Made by a program: the position numbers and the translations under genes
Assembly (NCBI GenBank): GCA_047947115.1
Contig: CP170459.1
Span: forward strand, 3,328,001-3,392,000
Direction of reading: 5' to 3'
From: Verrucomicrobiota bacterium
Lineage (GTDB): Bacteria; Verrucomicrobiota; Verrucomicrobiia; Limisphaerales; AAA164-E04
Length of the DNA: 64,000 nt
Shown: positions 27,152 to 37,678 of the stretch, in pieces
Layout of the letters: each line of letters starts with the position of its first letter
How positions within the stretch are numbered: the first letter of the stretch is position 1
Notes under the pieces: generated by a model
Told to the model about the DNA's origin: nothing
The model's database searches: none
The model's input: the letters and a program-made list of their open reading frames with translations, nothing else

Positions 27152-28798
27152 ATGAAACGGGAATTCAATAAACAGTGGATTTCATGGGGCGCTTTCGTCC
27201 TGACTTTTCTGTGGGTGTTGCTGCCTGAAAGTTGGCAGGGGCCGGCGGTGATATGGCCCAGTCTGATTGCTGTTGCCCTGGCTTTCCTAACCAGGGACAT
27301 ATACATTTCCCTTTTTGTGGGCGCTTTTTCAGGGGCCATCCTTTTGAAGGACGGTCATGTGATCAAAGGTTTCATAGCCTTGTTTGCCGAGCATTTGATA
27401 CCGGTGCTGGCAGATCCCTGGAAGGTTTGTGTGATTTTGTTTTCCTTTATGATGGGCGGTTTTGTGGAGGTGCTCAATCGCAATGGCAGCATGCAGGCAT
27501 TGGCGCATCGGTTTCTTGGTCAGAATGCTTCCCGGCGTCGGGCGGGCATGGGAGCTTTCGCCATGGGTTGGGTCGTGTTTTTTGATGGTTTGGCCAATTG
27601 CATGCTCGTCGGTAAAACCATGCGTGCCGTGACGGATCGAGCGGGTATCTCAAGGGAAAAACTGGCCTTCATTGTAGATTCCACGGCTTCTCCTATTGCC
27701 TCCTTTGCACTGGTCTCGACCTGGATTGCCACGGAGATGGGATTGATTCTTGCCGGATTCGAGAATGCCAATGTCACCTCCATGACGCCCGAGATTTCTC
27801 CCTACAAGTTGTTGATAGAAAGTCTGCCTTTTCGGTTTTATAACTATTTTGCCCTGATCATGGTTTTCCTGACCATATGGCTGGGACGTGAATATGGTCC
27901 GATGCTTCAGGCAGAACGCCGAAAGAAAACATCCGGTCCTGTACGATCGACGCCCCGGCAAGTGCCTCTGGACAACAAAGGGATCGCTGTTGCGGTGGTT
28001 TCATTACTTGTATTGGTGCTGGGGGTTTTCGTCGGCCTTTATGTCGAAGGGGGCGGACTGCAGGAGTCCTTGAGTGTTTCCGGGTTGATTCAGGTTTTTG
28101 GGCGGGCGCGGGCGGATGTCGTGTTCATTTGCGCAACGGCTCTGGCGGTCATCGTGGCGCTTTTATTGACCCGGTTTGTGCTTCCGGACCGAAGCAAAGG
28201 ATCACCCGTTCAGGCTTTTTTCGAAGGGATGCAACACATGTTCATGCCTATGTTGATTCTCATTTTCGCCTTTATGCTGAGTGATGTGATCCGGGAACTT
28301 GAAACCGCCCAATGGCTGGTGGGCATGTTGGGTAGTTGGCTTCCGGCGGCCACCTTGCCGGTGCTGGTTTTTCTGCTTGCAGCCTTGATGTCGTTCAGCA
28401 CCGGAACCTCCTGGGGCACGATGGGAGTGTTGATGCCTTTGGCGATTCCGATTGCTTTGAGTTTGACCGGCTGGGAACCTGGTCAATCGGTGAATCAAGT
28501 CGTGATAGCAACGATTGGATCCGTCCTGGCGGGATCGGTCTTCGGGGATCACTGTTCACCTATCAGTGACACCACGATTGTGTCTTCTTTCTCCAGTGGG
28601 TGTGATCCCATGGACCATGTGCGCACACAGATGCCTTATGCTTTGGTGGCGGGTGGAATGGCTGTTGTGTTGGGCTATTTGCCTGCGGGGTTTGGCGTGA
28701 GTGCATGGATTTTGTTGCCTCTTGGAGTGATGGGTTGCTGGGCTTGGTTACGGTATCAGGGCGAACCGGTCACCCCTGAAACCACAAGAGATTCATGA
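27152..28798 (+). CDS. NhaC-family Na+/H+ antiporter or amino-acid permease
   Basis: FFD, ISREKLAFIVDSTASP, FSTGTSWGT, FGDHCSPISDTT, HVRTQMPYA. Confidence 0.9.
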   Translation: MKREFNKQWISWGAFVLTFLWVLLPESWQGPAVIWPSLIAVALAFLTRDIYISLFVGAFSGAILLKDGHVIKGFIALFAEHLIPVLADPWKVCVILFSFMMGGFVEVLNRNGSMQALAHRFLGQNASRRRAGMGAFAMGWVVFFDGLANCMLVGKTMRAVTDRAGISREKLAFIVDSTASPIASFALVSTWIATEMGLILAGFENANVTSMTPEISPYKLLIESLPFRFYNYFALIMVFLTIWLGREYGPMLQAERRKKTSGPVRSTPRQVPLDNKGIAVAVVSLLVLVLGVFVGLYVEGGGLQESLSVSGLIQVFGRARADVVFICATALAVIVALLLTRFVLPDRSKGSPVQAFFEGMQHMFMPMLILIFAFMLSDVIRELETAQWLVGMLGSWLPAATLPVLVFLLAALMSFSTGTSWGTMGVLMPLAIPIALSLTGWEPGQSVNQVVIATIGSVLAGSVFGDHCSPISDTTIVSSFSSGCDPMDHVRTQMPYALVAGGMAVVLGYLPAGFGVSAWILLPLGVMGCWAWLRYQGEPVTPETTRDS

Positions 28799-28855
28799 AA
28801 GGTTTCTGAGTCGTCTTTTCAGGCAAGCCTGGTGTATCAATAGAGCCAAATAAAC

Positions 28856-31800
28856 ATGGACATCGTTTTTACAGAGCTGACATTGAATTACCTGACGGTG
28901 ACTCTGCTGGCTGCTGCGTTGTCTGCTTTTGCCCTGTTTGATTTGTGCAAAGGTCCTTTGCAACCTCTCCGAATCTCGTTTGCGGGCATGTCCTGCAGCA
29001 TGTTCATGCTGGCAGTCTCGTTGATGGGGGATAGCTTGTTTTACCAAAAATGGAGTTACTGGTTTTTGATTTCTCAGACAGTGTTTCTTGTTCCGATTGC
29101 AGGTTTTTTCCTGATATTTGCCTATCATTTTCCACGAAAACTGGCCACGCGCTCAAGGGAGTTGCCTTTCTGTATCCTGCTGGCCAGCCTGATTGAAGTA
29201 CGTGAAATTTATATTTTTTTCCATCGTGCCTGGGTGGCACATCAGGATGTCACTATTTACTGGCGCTCCCATGTGTCAGACGTGTTCATTTCTCTTTTGT
29301 TCTGTTGGGGTGTTATTGTGTTGCTGCGGCAATCGGCTCGTCCAGCTGAAGGGGAAGAGTCTGCGGGTGCGATTCGACGTCTCATCAAACCTGTCAGTCA
29401 TTCCGAACGACGGGCAAGAAACATGGGAGTGGTCTTTCTTTTCCCAACTTTGTTCACAACACAGCCGACCGACTATCCTTTGATGTCCTGGGTGGTGCTT
29501 GTTGTGTTGAGTCTCTTTGTATTGCTGTACTTGAATGAATCGCCGGAGAAGACCTCCTTCATGGTGAAGTTGACCGGTGTGTTTTTATGTTTCAATCTGC
29601 TGGTGTTGAGCGTCTGTGGAGGTCTCCTGATCATGAATGACCGGCGGGCCTCTCTAGAACCGGATCAGCAGGCGTATTCTGTTCATACAAGCAAACAATG
29701 GTTGGTTCAGGAGAATCAAAGTGTTGTGTTTACGCCTCTGCAGGGGCAGCCGGGATATCAGTTAGCGAAAACCTCGTTTGATTGGCACGCATCAGAAGGG
29801 GAACCGGTTTTCCCGCATGACGAGGAAGAAGGAGGGCAAAAACGGGTCATCTTGCCCTTCCTCTTCCCTTATTTCGGCCATTCTTTTCAGGAAGCCTTTG
29901 TCGCTTTGGACGGTTACCTGTCCTTTGATAAATTCGTCAATTTCAAGGTTTTTCGGTATGCTTATGGGAATGCCCCCCTGATCATACCTGCCCTGATGGA
30001 TGTTGGGGAACGGGATATGCAGCCCGGAGGGGGTGTTTTCGTGGATCGATCTACTGATCAGGTGGTGATCACCTGGCTTGAAATACCTTCGGATCGTCGC
30101 CCCGAATTAAAACATTCCTTTCAGCTTGTCCTGTTTCCGGATGGTCGGGTTCGCATGAACTACCGAAACTTGGATTCATTGAATGCGCTATACTATGACG
30201 CTCATTATCCGGTGGATATCCAGATGGCCGGTTTGGTGTCAGATGGTATCCGCGCAAGGCCGGAGAGACTGCATCAACGTCGTTGGAATCTTGAAGATCG
30301 ATTGCTTGTCGGGGTGGAAGGCCTGGTGGAGGACAATACCTTGATGCTGCTTCAGGCAGGTTGGTTTCATGGGCGGACTTTTACCTGGACGCTGTTGGCC
30401 GTTTTCTTTCTTTCACTCATCGGGTTGCCTCTGTTTTTTTATCACACATTGATTCGACCACTCCAGTCCCTGGTGGCGGGAGTGGATACGGTGAATCGTG
30501 GCAAGTTTGATGTGCAGGTGCCGGTGGGGTTCATGGATGAAATTGGTTTTCTGACCAAATCATTCAATCGTATGGTTCAGTATGTATCTCAAAGCACACA
30601 GCTACTCCATTCCTATCGAACCCAACTGGAAGACAAGGTCAAGGAACGCACCAAAGCACTTGAGGCGGCCAAGGCGGAAGCCGAACGGGCCAACGATGCA
30701 AAAGCTGCCTTTCTGGCAAATATGAGCCATGAGCTGCGCACACCGTTGCACCCAATCATTGGTTTCAGCCGGTTGGTGGCCGAAGGCAACAACCTGAACG
30801 ATGAGCAGTTGGAATCGTTGAACATCATCCATACAAGCGGTAATCATCTGCTCAACCTGATCAGTGACATCCTCATTGTCAGCAAAGCCGAGGCAGGAAA
30901 GGATCGGATCGTTGAATCAGAATTTAACTTGGTTGAGCTTCTGGATGATTTACGAGGGATTTTAAGCATGCAGATCAAGGAGCGGAATATGCCGTTGGAG
31001 TGGCACATTCCCACGGACATGCCGCTTCGCTATCGCAGTGATGCCAACAAAATCAAGCAGATCCTCCTGAACCTTGTCGGGAATGCGTTGAAGTTCACAT
31101 CCCATGGTAAAGTGGAGGTGAGTGTCCAATGGAACGATGAACCTCGCCAGATCAGTTGTTCACATATGGACCGTAAGATTCACCTGCAATTCATGGTGTC
31201 GGATACAGGGGAAGGCATTGCACAGGAGGACCAGAAGGATCTCTTCAAACCGTTTTTTCAATCCCCTCATTCCAATCGCAGGCACAAGGGAACCGGGCTT
31301 GGTTTGTCGATTTGCAAGCATTTTGCAGACATTCTCGGTGGTTCCATTCGCATTGAAAGTGAATTGACGGTTGGGACGACGGTGTATTTTGATGTCACCC
31401 TTAACGCGGTTGGTGAGCAAAAGATGGAATTCAAGCAGTCTGGTTCACAAGACTTGGTAACATTGGATGCAGTTGATCTGGAGCCGGCTTCCGTTCGCAT
31501 CCTGGTGGCCGAAGATGACCCGATCAATGCCAAGCTGATTCGATCCATGTTGGCTCCAGCGGGATTCCAACTAAAGATCGTTTCGGATGGTTTGCAGGCG
31601 TACGAGACTGCCAAGGATTGGAAACCACATTTGATCTGGATGGATATTCGCATGCCGGTCATGGACGGGCGTGATGCGACTCGAGCCATTCGCCAGTATG
31701 TTGAGGATGAAAAGATCGTGCCGAAACCCCTCATCATTGCTCTGACCGCTGATGTCAACCAGATTGAGAAGGAGGAGAAATTGTTGTCGGGATTTGATCG

Positions 31801-31894
31801 GGTGATGGTCAAGCCCAGTTCCAAGCAAGATCTAATGAACGCGATTCATGAACTGGTACCGCAAGCTGGTGATGCATCGATTTTTTGCGCGTGA
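28856..31894 (+). CDS. Multi-TM hybrid sensor histidine kinase (extracytoplasmic domain, HAMP, HisKA, HATPase, REC)
   Basis: DEIGFLTKSFNRM (HAMP), FLANMSHELRTPL, NLVGNALKFT, DTGEGI, GTGLGLSI, ILVAEDD...WMDIRMP...KP. Confidence 0.95.
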   Translation: MDIVFTELTLNYLTVTLLAAALSAFALFDLCKGPLQPLRISFAGMSCSMFMLAVSLMGDSLFYQKWSYWFLISQTVFLVPIAGFFLIFAYHFPRKLATRSRELPFCILLASLIEVREIYIFFHRAWVAHQDVTIYWRSHVSDVFISLLFCWGVIVLLRQSARPAEGEESAGAIRRLIKPVSHSERRARNMGVVFLFPTLFTTQPTDYPLMSWVVLVVLSLFVLLYLNESPEKTSFMVKLTGVFLCFNLLVLSVCGGLLIMNDRRASLEPDQQAYSVHTSKQWLVQENQSVVFTPLQGQPGYQLAKTSFDWHASEGEPVFPHDEEEGGQKRVILPFLFPYFGHSFQEAFVALDGYLSFDKFVNFKVFRYAYGNAPLIIPALMDVGERDMQPGGGVFVDRSTDQVVITWLEIPSDRRPELKHSFQLVLFPDGRVRMNYRNLDSLNALYYDAHYPVDIQMAGLVSDGIRARPERLHQRRWNLEDRLLVGVEGLVEDNTLMLLQAGWFHGRTFTWTLLAVFFLSLIGLPLFFYHTLIRPLQSLVAGVDTVNRGKFDVQVPVGFMDEIGFLTKSFNRMVQYVSQSTQLLHSYRTQLEDKVKERTKALEAAKAEAERANDAKAAFLANMSHELRTPLHPIIGFSRLVAEGNNLNDEQLESLNIIHTSGNHLLNLISDILIVSKAEAGKDRIVESEFNLVELLDDLRGILSMQIKERNMPLEWHIPTDMPLRYRSDANKIKQILLNLVGNALKFTSHGKVEVSVQWNDEPRQISCSHMDRKIHLQFMVSDTGEGIAQEDQKDLFKPFFQSPHSNRRHKGTGLGLSICKHFADILGGSIRIESELTVGTTVYFDVTLNAVGEQKMEFKQSGSQDLVTLDAVDLEPASVRILVAEDDPINAKLIRSMLAPAGFQLKIVSDGLQAYETAKDWKPHLIWMDIRMPVMDGRDATRAIRQYVEDEKIVPKPLIIALTADVNQIEKEEKLLSGFDRVMVKPSSKQDLMNAIHELVPQAGDASIFCA

Positions 31895-33048
31895 AGATTC
31901 TAATTGTTCATAACAGCCTGAATGACGGCACTTCCATGTCGGGAGTGCTGAAGCACTATTTGTTGATGGCGAGGGCATGGTCGCAAAGGGGGAATCAGGT
32001 GGATTTTTTGGTTGCGCGGGCGGGGTATCCTCAAATTCAGTCAATGGCGCCCCAATGTGGATGGGTCTGTTCGGATCGTTACTTTGATGCCAGTCGGTAT
32101 CTGGATCAGACCTGGCGTTATTTTCCTGCCTTCGGGTTTCGATTGCTCTCGGCCCATTGGCGACGATTGCCCTGTGCCTATGATGTGGTGTATGCCTCCA
32201 ATTTTTTGATCTTCGAAGTTTACCCTGCCTGGAAACTGGCCAGACGTTACGGCGCGAAGTTCGTTGTTAAAGTACAGCATTTGTTGCATGCTCAATCCAA
32301 TCGACATTCTCTGTTCGACCGGCTGTTTTTAGCCTCTGAAAAGTGGGCCTTTCGTCTTGCTGATCGGTATGCTGATCTGGTCATGTGCCTGAGTCGTCCG
32401 GTTGAGCAGGATTGTTTGAATTTAAAAAAACAACTTGGATTGCATCGCGTCCATCCCCGAGTGGTTGGGTGTGGGCTGGATTTTTCGGAATTGGACAGCA
32501 CTCCCGCTGCTGCTCACAAATATGACGTGGTGATACTTGGCAGAGTGCATGAGCAGAAAGGCGTGTTTGATATTCCCGAAGTTTGGCGGCGGATTGTGAC
32601 TGCCAAACCGGATGCGCGCCTGGTGGTGATTGGGGAGGGACCTCACCGCCCCCGGTTGATGCAACTGATGCGTGAGCAGGGACTGGGTGCCACCGTCGAA
32701 TTTACGGGTGGCGTTTCCGAGGAAAGGAAGAATACACTGTTGAAGCAAGCTCGAGTGGGGTTGAGTCTTTCTTTTGAAGAAGGGTGGGGCTTGAGTGTGA
32801 CCGAGTTTTTGGCTGCCGGATTGCCGGTGGTGGCATATGAGTTGCCGGTTTTTCAGGAACTGTTTGCCGGGGTGTTGCAAATGGTCCCTTCCAGATCATG
32901 TCCGGAAGCCGCCGACAATGTTTTGCGCTTACTGGAAGACGCCGGAAGAAGGCAATCCCTGGGCGAAATCGGTCGACAGCATGTTAACCAATATCAGTAT
33001 GAAAAGGTCGCCGACCAGGAAATGGACCTGATGCGGGAGTTGTTTTGA
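31891..33048 (+). CDS. Glycosyltransferase family 4
   Basis: LGRVHEQKG, EEGWGLSVTEFLAAGLPVVA. The GTG start overlaps the kinase stop (GTGA). Confidence 0.9.
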   Translation: MKILIVHNSLNDGTSMSGVLKHYLLMARAWSQRGNQVDFLVARAGYPQIQSMAPQCGWVCSDRYFDASRYLDQTWRYFPAFGFRLLSAHWRRLPCAYDVVYASNFLIFEVYPAWKLARRYGAKFVVKVQHLLHAQSNRHSLFDRLFLASEKWAFRLADRYADLVMCLSRPVEQDCLNLKKQLGLHRVHPRVVGCGLDFSELDSTPAAAHKYDVVILGRVHEQKGVFDIPEVWRRIVTAKPDARLVVIGEGPHRPRLMQLMREQGLGATVEFTGGVSEERKNTLLKQARVGLSLSFEEGWGLSVTEFLAAGLPVVAYELPVFQELFAGVLQMVPSRSCPEAADNVLRLLEDAGRRQSLGEIGRQHVNQYQYEKVADQEMDLMRELF

Positions 33049-34199
33049 TGATGATGGATTGTTCAGAAACTATGAAACGTTCAGTGGTGATGCCAATCGA
33101 TGTCATCCGAATCCACCGGGTGTGTCTGCTTTGTGCCGCTATTTTTTCCATGATATCGATGAAGGCTGAAAACCAGATGATTCAAACTTGGGATCAATTG
33201 GCATCCTTTGCAGTGCGGCAGCAGGGATCCGCTGGGCCAAGGCAGGAGTACCGGATTCCGGTCATGATGCCCGATTTTGAAGTGAAGGAGCTTATTCCTT
33301 CATGGAACATGGTGGCCGGGAAAGGCGACCTGATGACGATTGAAGCGACGGTGACCTTTCGGGATGAAACCACTCGGTCCTATCATTTTGGCAGATGGGC
33401 TACCGGGCGACAATCGTTGGGCTGCGGAACCGGCACGCGCACCAGTTTGAACGACCAGAAAGATGATTATGCGGCGGTCTATACCGACACGCTGGTGTTC
33501 AAGCGGAAACCCATTGCATGCTCATTGAAACTCACATTGAGTTCCGCCTTACAAGATCCACTCCCCACATTGAAGCTGGTGGGAGTCTGTTTGTCAGGGG
33601 ATTCGGACGGTGCTTTCATTGATGAATTCCTGACTGGTCAGAAGGCTCCTATCGAATTGGACGTTCCGAAACGTTGTCAGTTTGATTATATCGGAGGCAG
33701 AGTATGGTGCAGTCCGACGTCCGTGACAATGGTTCTGGGATACTGGGCAAACATTCTCCATCGCCCCGAACTCGAATACCCGGTGCCAACGGCTGCCGAT
33801 CGGATATTCGATCCAGGCTGGCCGGGCACCGGTAACTGGCCGTTTAATACCGCTTTTGCCGGTGAACACGCCGGTTTACGGGCCTTTGTGGCAAGGTTGG
33901 ATTCCGTCGATGCTTTGTATGAGATCCTGTCTCAGGGTATCCCGGTGGCCACATCCGTTTCTTACGACCTGTTGAAGGGGAAACCTGAAAAAGGAAAAAA
34001 CGACGGGCACTTGGTGGTCTGTATCGGCTTTGACGCAGACGGAAATCCTGTTTTCAATGATCCGGCCCGATGTCCCGAGGTGAGATGGTCTTACCCCATG
34101 GCGCATTTCTCCAAGGCATGGCAATCGTCGAAACGGACGGTCTACCTGATCCTTCCCGAGGATCGTCGGTTGGTCTTGCAAAACATGCGTTTGTTTTGA
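33048..34199 (+). CDS. Peptidase C39-like family protein, probably secreted
   Basis: LDVP..Q, WCSPTSVTMVL (Cys), GNWPFN, GHLVVCIGFD (His), NDPA. Start uncertain (33048 or 33072). Confidence 0.85.
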   Translation: MMMDCSETMKRSVVMPIDVIRIHRVCLLCAAIFSMISMKAENQMIQTWDQLASFAVRQQGSAGPRQEYRIPVMMPDFEVKELIPSWNMVAGKGDLMTIEATVTFRDETTRSYHFGRWATGRQSLGCGTGTRTSLNDQKDDYAAVYTDTLVFKRKPIACSLKLTLSSALQDPLPTLKLVGVCLSGDSDGAFIDEFLTGQKAPIELDVPKRCQFDYIGGRVWCSPTSVTMVLGYWANILHRPELEYPVPTAADRIFDPGWPGTGNWPFNTAFAGEHAGLRAFVARLDSVDALYEILSQGIPVATSVSYDLLKGKPEKGKNDGHLVVCIGFDADGNPVFNDPARCPEVRWSYPMAHFSKAWQSSKRTVYLILPEDRRLVLQNMRLF

Positions 34200-34211
34200 C
34201 CGTGGCAGGTG

Positions 34212-35117
34212 TTAGCCTTTGCCCTTTGTTCGGGTTTTCCCCGGTTTGGCATTTTTCTCAATGAATTCGATTATGCGTCCCGCCACATCCTTTTGAGTGC
34301 ATTCTTCAATGCCTTGCAAACCTGGAGAGGAATTGACCTCCATCACCACCGGACCATGGTTGGAGCGTAGAATGTCCACACCCGCGCAATTGAGCCCCAG
34401 GATTTTTGCTGATCGAATGGCTGTGGACCGTTCCTCGGGCGTGAGTTTTACCATGGCCGAACTACCCCCACGGTGGAGATTGGATCGGAATTCCCCTTCT
34501 TTTGCTGTTCGCTTCATGGATGCCACCACCTTTTCACCCACAACGAAGCACCTGATATCCGATCCGCCGGCTTCCTGAATGAATTCCTGCACCATGATGT
34601 TTGCGTGCAGCCCGCGAAAGGCGTCAATCACACTTTCCGCAGCCTGGTTGGTTTCGGCCATCACCACGCCGACTCCCTGGGTGCCTTCAAGCAGTTTCAA
34701 GACCAGCGGGGCGCCCTTGACCAGTTCAATCACATTTTTGGTGTCGTCGGGATTGTGGGCGAAGGCGGTGATCGGCATGCCGATTCCCTTTCTGGACAAC
34801 AGTTGTAGACTGCGCAGTTTGTCTCTGGAGCGACCAATGGAAACCGATTCGTTCAGACTGTAAACCGACATCATCTCAAACTGCCTGAGCACAGCCAATC
34901 CATAGAAGGTAATCGAAGCACCAATGCGCGGAATGACCGCATCAAATCCGGTCAATGCTTCCTGCTTGTAATAAACTTCAGGCCGATGTGCCGAGATGTT
35001 CATGTAGCACCGGAGAGGATTGATGACTCTGGCCTTGTGGCCCCTTTGTTCCGCTGCCTCCACCAGTCGTTTGGTGGAATAGAGATTTGGGCCTCGTGAT
35101 AAGATGGCAATGTTCAT
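34212..35117 (-). CDS. rimK: Ribosomal protein S6--L-glutamate ligase / poly-alpha-glutamate synthase (ATP-grasp)
   Basis: [59 protein letters not shown]. Confidence 0.96.
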   Translation of the reverse strand: MNIAILSRGPNLYSTKRLVEAAEQRGHKARVINPLRCYMNISAHRPEVYYKQEALTGFDAVIPRIGASITFYGLAVLRQFEMMSVYSLNESVSIGRSRDKLRSLQLLSRKGIGMPITAFAHNPDDTKNVIELVKGAPLVLKLLEGTQGVGVVMAETNQAAESVIDAFRGLHANIMVQEFIQEAGGSDIRCFVVGEKVVASMKRTAKEGEFRSNLHRGGSSAMVKLTPEERSTAIRSAKILGLNCAGVDILRSNHGPVVMEVNSSPGLQGIEECTQKDVAGRIIEFIEKNAKPGKTRTKGKG

Positions 35118-35206
35118 GGATGCTGTGTTAGCTCGTAAAAAAATGATTCGGAGCTGGAACTCGCGGCCACTGTATGGGCATTATTTTTCAAAATCAATGC
35201 ATGATT

Positions 35207-35653
35207 ATGCGCTCTAGACTTATCATTGGGTGGAGAGAATTGATCAGTCTCCCTGATCTTGGCGTGCGACGTTTGCATGCCAAAATTGATACTGGCGCAC
35301 GAAGTTCGGCGATTCATGCTGAATCGGTCCTTGAAGTTTTCCAACGAGGGCAGATGTGTGTTCGGTTTGAAGTGATCACCGATGATGATCTGGGGACCCG
35401 TTCAGTTTGCACGTTACCGGTGCTGGATCGGCGTCATGTGATGAATTCTGGAGGCAAGAGAGAATTGCGTTATTTCGTACATACCACCCTTTGCATGGGA
35501 GGCAGATGCTGGCCCATCCAACTGAGTTTGACGACTCGTCATCAGTTGAGGTATTCCATGTTGATTGGTCGGCAGGCCTTGGGGGGGAGAGTGGTCATTT
35601 ATCCGGGACGCCGTTATCTGGCTGGTGAACCCACTGCCGACTTGAGTGAATAG
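35207..35653 (+). CDS. RimK-associated protease (RimB-like, annotated as putative ATP-dependent Zn protease; retropepsin-like)
   Basis: IGWRE.I.LP.LG, AKIDTGARSSAIHA, MLIGRQAL. Start 35207 or 35201. Confidence 0.9.
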   Translation: MRSRLIIGWRELISLPDLGVRRLHAKIDTGARSSAIHAESVLEVFQRGQMCVRFEVITDDDLGTRSVCTLPVLDRRHVMNSGGKRELRYFVHTTLCMGGRCWPIQLSLTTRHQLRYSMLIGRQALGGRVVIYPGRRYLAGEPTADLSE

Positions 35654-35661
35654 GAAACATT

Positions 35662-36759
35662 TTGAACTTACCGCGCATTTCAGTCCATTCGCAGCCGGCC
35701 TTTCAATTGGGAGGTGAAACCGTGCCGGCAGGGAGTCGTAGGACGATCAACCTGCCCATTACCCAGTTGTATACCCAGACCAGACTGCACATGCCCGTAC
35801 ACGTGGTCAACGGGCGGAGGCCCGGCCCGAGATTGTTCGTTTGCGCTGCCATACATGGAGATGAATTGAACGGAGTCGAAATCATTCGCCGTGTCCTGCG
35901 GTTGAAAGCTCTCAACGGATTGTGCGGGTGCCTGGTTGCCGTCCCCATTGTCAATGTGTTGGGGTTTATATCCCAAAGCCGCTATCTTGCCGACGGGCGT
36001 GATTTGAACCGGTTTTTTCCCGGAGCGGAAACCGGCTCGTTTGCGAGCACGCTGGCATCTCTTTTCATGAAAGAGATTGTGGGACGATCCACTCATGGGA
36101 TTGATTTGCACACGGGTGCGCGACATCGTTCCAATTTCCCCCAAATCCGAATCAGTGATGATGATCCGGCGGCCTTCGAATTGGCTGAAGCTTTTGGTGC
36201 TCCGATCATCATACCCAGTTCAGTAAGGGACGGATCCCTGCGGGATGCGGTAAGAGTCAAAAAGATTCCGTTGCTTCTGTATGAAGCCGGCGAGGCCCTG
36301 CGTTTTGACGAAGTGAGCATTCGTATTGGTGTGCGTGGGGTTCTGAATGTGATGAGACGACTGGGAATGTTAAAGGATAAGCGCAAGGTTGGAAGAGGGA
36401 AAACGCATCCGATACGATGCAGTTCCAGTCTTTGGTTGCGTGCGCCTGCGGGAGGTATTTTCAGAACCAAAGTTCCGCTGGGTTCCGCAGTGAGGACGGG
36501 ACAGGTTCTTGGGACCGTTTCAGACCCGTTCGGTGAAAATGAACAAGAAATTGTTGCTCCAAAGGCCGGGCATGTGATTGGAGGAATGGAAAAACCCCTG
36601 GTAAATGAGGGCGATGCCCTTTATCACATCGCATCGGCGGATGAAAAAGAATTGCGTACGGTAGATATCATTCAAACCGTTGCAGAGATGGATTCCGACT
36701 CGTCTCAATCCGCGTCGGGAGAAACGTTTCAGAGCGAATTAAGCGGGGAACCGGTTTAG
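35662..36759 (+). CDS. Succinylglutamate desuccinylase/aspartoacylase (M14-like) family protein
   Basis: AAIHGDELNG, DLNRFFPG, IDLHTG, YEAGE; C-terminal biotinyl-like beta domain. Confidence 0.92.
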   Translation: MNLPRISVHSQPAFQLGGETVPAGSRRTINLPITQLYTQTRLHMPVHVVNGRRPGPRLFVCAAIHGDELNGVEIIRRVLRLKALNGLCGCLVAVPIVNVLGFISQSRYLADGRDLNRFFPGAETGSFASTLASLFMKEIVGRSTHGIDLHTGARHRSNFPQIRISDDDPAAFELAEAFGAPIIIPSSVRDGSLRDAVRVKKIPLLLYEAGEALRFDEVSIRIGVRGVLNVMRRLGMLKDKRKVGRGKTHPIRCSSSLWLRAPAGGIFRTKVPLGSAVRTGQVLGTVSDPFGENEQEIVAPKAGHVIGGMEKPLVNEGDALYHIASADEKELRTVDIIQTVAEMDSDSSQSASGETFQSELSGEPV

Positions 36760-36793
36760 AGCACTCCCGGCGAGGTAAAGCATCGAAAACCGA

Positions 36794-37672
36794 TCATCCA
36801 AAAGCGTAATCGGATCGCTTCGCGTGAAGCCAGTGGCGGACAAAGCTCCGGGCCACCAGCCAGAGTTTGCCGGTTTTGGATAGTTTGAACTTGCTAGGTC
36901 GCATGACTTTGTATCCGCTCTTTTCAATCTTAAGCAGGATCCGCCAGTAAACGGCCCCCATCATTTCCGAAGCCACGAGCGATTGGCGATCATCCGGGTG
37001 GATGCATTTGCTGGATTCGGCGTAGTGGTATCTGGCCCTTTCTGCCAGCTCACGGGCCATATCTCGCACATTTTGACTATCTCGAAATTGATAAAGGTCT
37101 TCTTCGGTGACACCATGCTTTTCCATCAGAGTCCGGGGGACATAAATGCGCTTATTCTTGGCATCCTGACGGATGTCTCTCAGAATATTGGTCAATTGCA
37201 GTGCTTGTCCGATCTGATAACCGTAGTGTTTGGTTGCTGGATGGGTGTATTCAAAGATCTCGATGCTCAATAGCCCAACGACCGATGCGACGTGATAGCA
37301 GTATTTTGCCAGATCATCCCATGTTTCGTAATACGTCCCCTCCAGATCCATTTCCATCCCATCTATCAATGCTTCAAACAATTCGCACGGCAGTTTGAAG
37401 CGTTCGATAAATGGCTGAAGCTCTATGTTGACGGGTAAATCGGGGGTTCCGCCATGACATGCTTTGCGGATGTCTTCTCGCCATCGAGCCAGTTCACGGC
37501 GTCGATCTTCAACGGGAACTGATTCTTCGTCGGCGACATCATCGACCTCCCGGCAGAATGCGTAAAGGGCGCACATGGCGTCCTTTTTTTCTTTGGGAAG
37601 CAATACGAACGCCATCGCAAGGTTGGAGGCGCTTTTTTTTGTAACATTTTGACTGACTTTAACTTTACTCAT
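36794..37672 (-). CDS. Squalene/phytoene synthase family protein (HpnD-like presqualene diphosphate synthase)
   Basis: YAFCREVDDVAD, GMEMDL, YCYHVASVVG, ALQLTNILRD, RIYVP. Confidence 0.88.
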   Translation of the reverse strand: MSKVKVSQNVTKKSASNLAMAFVLLPKEKKDAMCALYAFCREVDDVADEESVPVEDRRRELARWREDIRKACHGGTPDLPVNIELQPFIERFKLPCELFEALIDGMEMDLEGTYYETWDDLAKYCYHVASVVGLLSIEIFEYTHPATKHYGYQIGQALQLTNILRDIRQDAKNKRIYVPRTLMEKHGVTEEDLYQFRDSQNVRDMARELAERARYHYAESSKCIHPDDRQSLVASEMMGAVYWRILLKIEKSGYKVMRPSKFKLSKTGKLWLVARSFVRHWLHAKRSDYAFG

Positions 37673-37678
37673 CAGCCA

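Noticed and set aside
33048..35117. RiPP (graspetide) cluster from ATP-grasp ligase plus C39 peptidase
   Set aside because: The ligase is canonical RimK, the peptidase is not fused to an ABC exporter, and no precursor peptide is visible.
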